In this document: positions 41,251 through 41,268 of the stretch, piece after piece
Layout of the letters: each line of letters opens with the position of its first letter
How positions within the stretch are numbered: the first letter of the stretch is position 1
NCBI RefSeq assembly: GCF_049673265.1
Contig: NZ_JBATXN010000687.1
Span: 1-41,268, forward strand
Length of the DNA: 41,268 nucleotides
Direction: 5' to 3'
Source of the DNA: Mycobacterium sp.
GTDB taxonomy: Bacteria > Actinomycetota > Actinomycetes > Mycobacteriales > Mycobacteriaceae
The notes under the pieces: model-generated
Seen by the model: the letters and a program-made list of their open reading frames with translations, nothing else
Databases searched by the model: none
Told to the model about the DNA's origin: nothing
Program-made: the position numbers and the translations under genes

Positions 41251-41268
41251 GTCTGAAGACCACTAGTC

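Noticed and set aside
1..41268. CRISPR arrays, IS/transposases, integrases, tRNA/rRNA, defence systems
   Set aside because: I saw no regularly spaced repeats or relevant motifs; nearly all sequence is explained by metabolic genes.

Overview
GC-rich DNA from a Mycobacteriaceae genome; gene content suggests a non-tuberculous species, but I cannot assign one. The right ~26.5 kb (14.5-41.1 kb, minus strand) is a tightly coupled operon of five type I PKS genes plus papA5. It is related to the phthiocerol (pps/PDIM) pathway but is not the canonical ppsA-B-C-D-E. Only the last PKS (ppsE) is a straightforward ortholog; the other four appear to be domain-shuffled chimeras. The gene carrying the loading ACP is second, there is no ER domain anywhere, and drrABC is absent between ppsE and papA5. 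Genes 1 and 3 share both their N-terminal and C-terminal docking sequences but carry different AT/DH/KR cores. This suggests two interchangeable middle modules, i.e. a branched assembly line. A fossil of a PKS C-terminal tail sits just upstream of gene 1. The left ~14.5 kb holds lipid-tailoring-type genes: a Baeyer-Villiger monooxygenase (partial), a PE-PPE remnant, an AurF-like diiron oxygenase, an Rv2952-like methyltransferase, a CYP128-like P450, an alpha/beta hydrolase, two SDRs, two secreted proteins, a DarA-like flavodoxin/DUF2505/nitroreductase operon and a COG3315 O-methyltransferase. I saw no rRNA, tRNA, CRISPR or IS elements. Comparisons with M. tuberculosis proteins and DarA are from memory and need confirmation by alignment.
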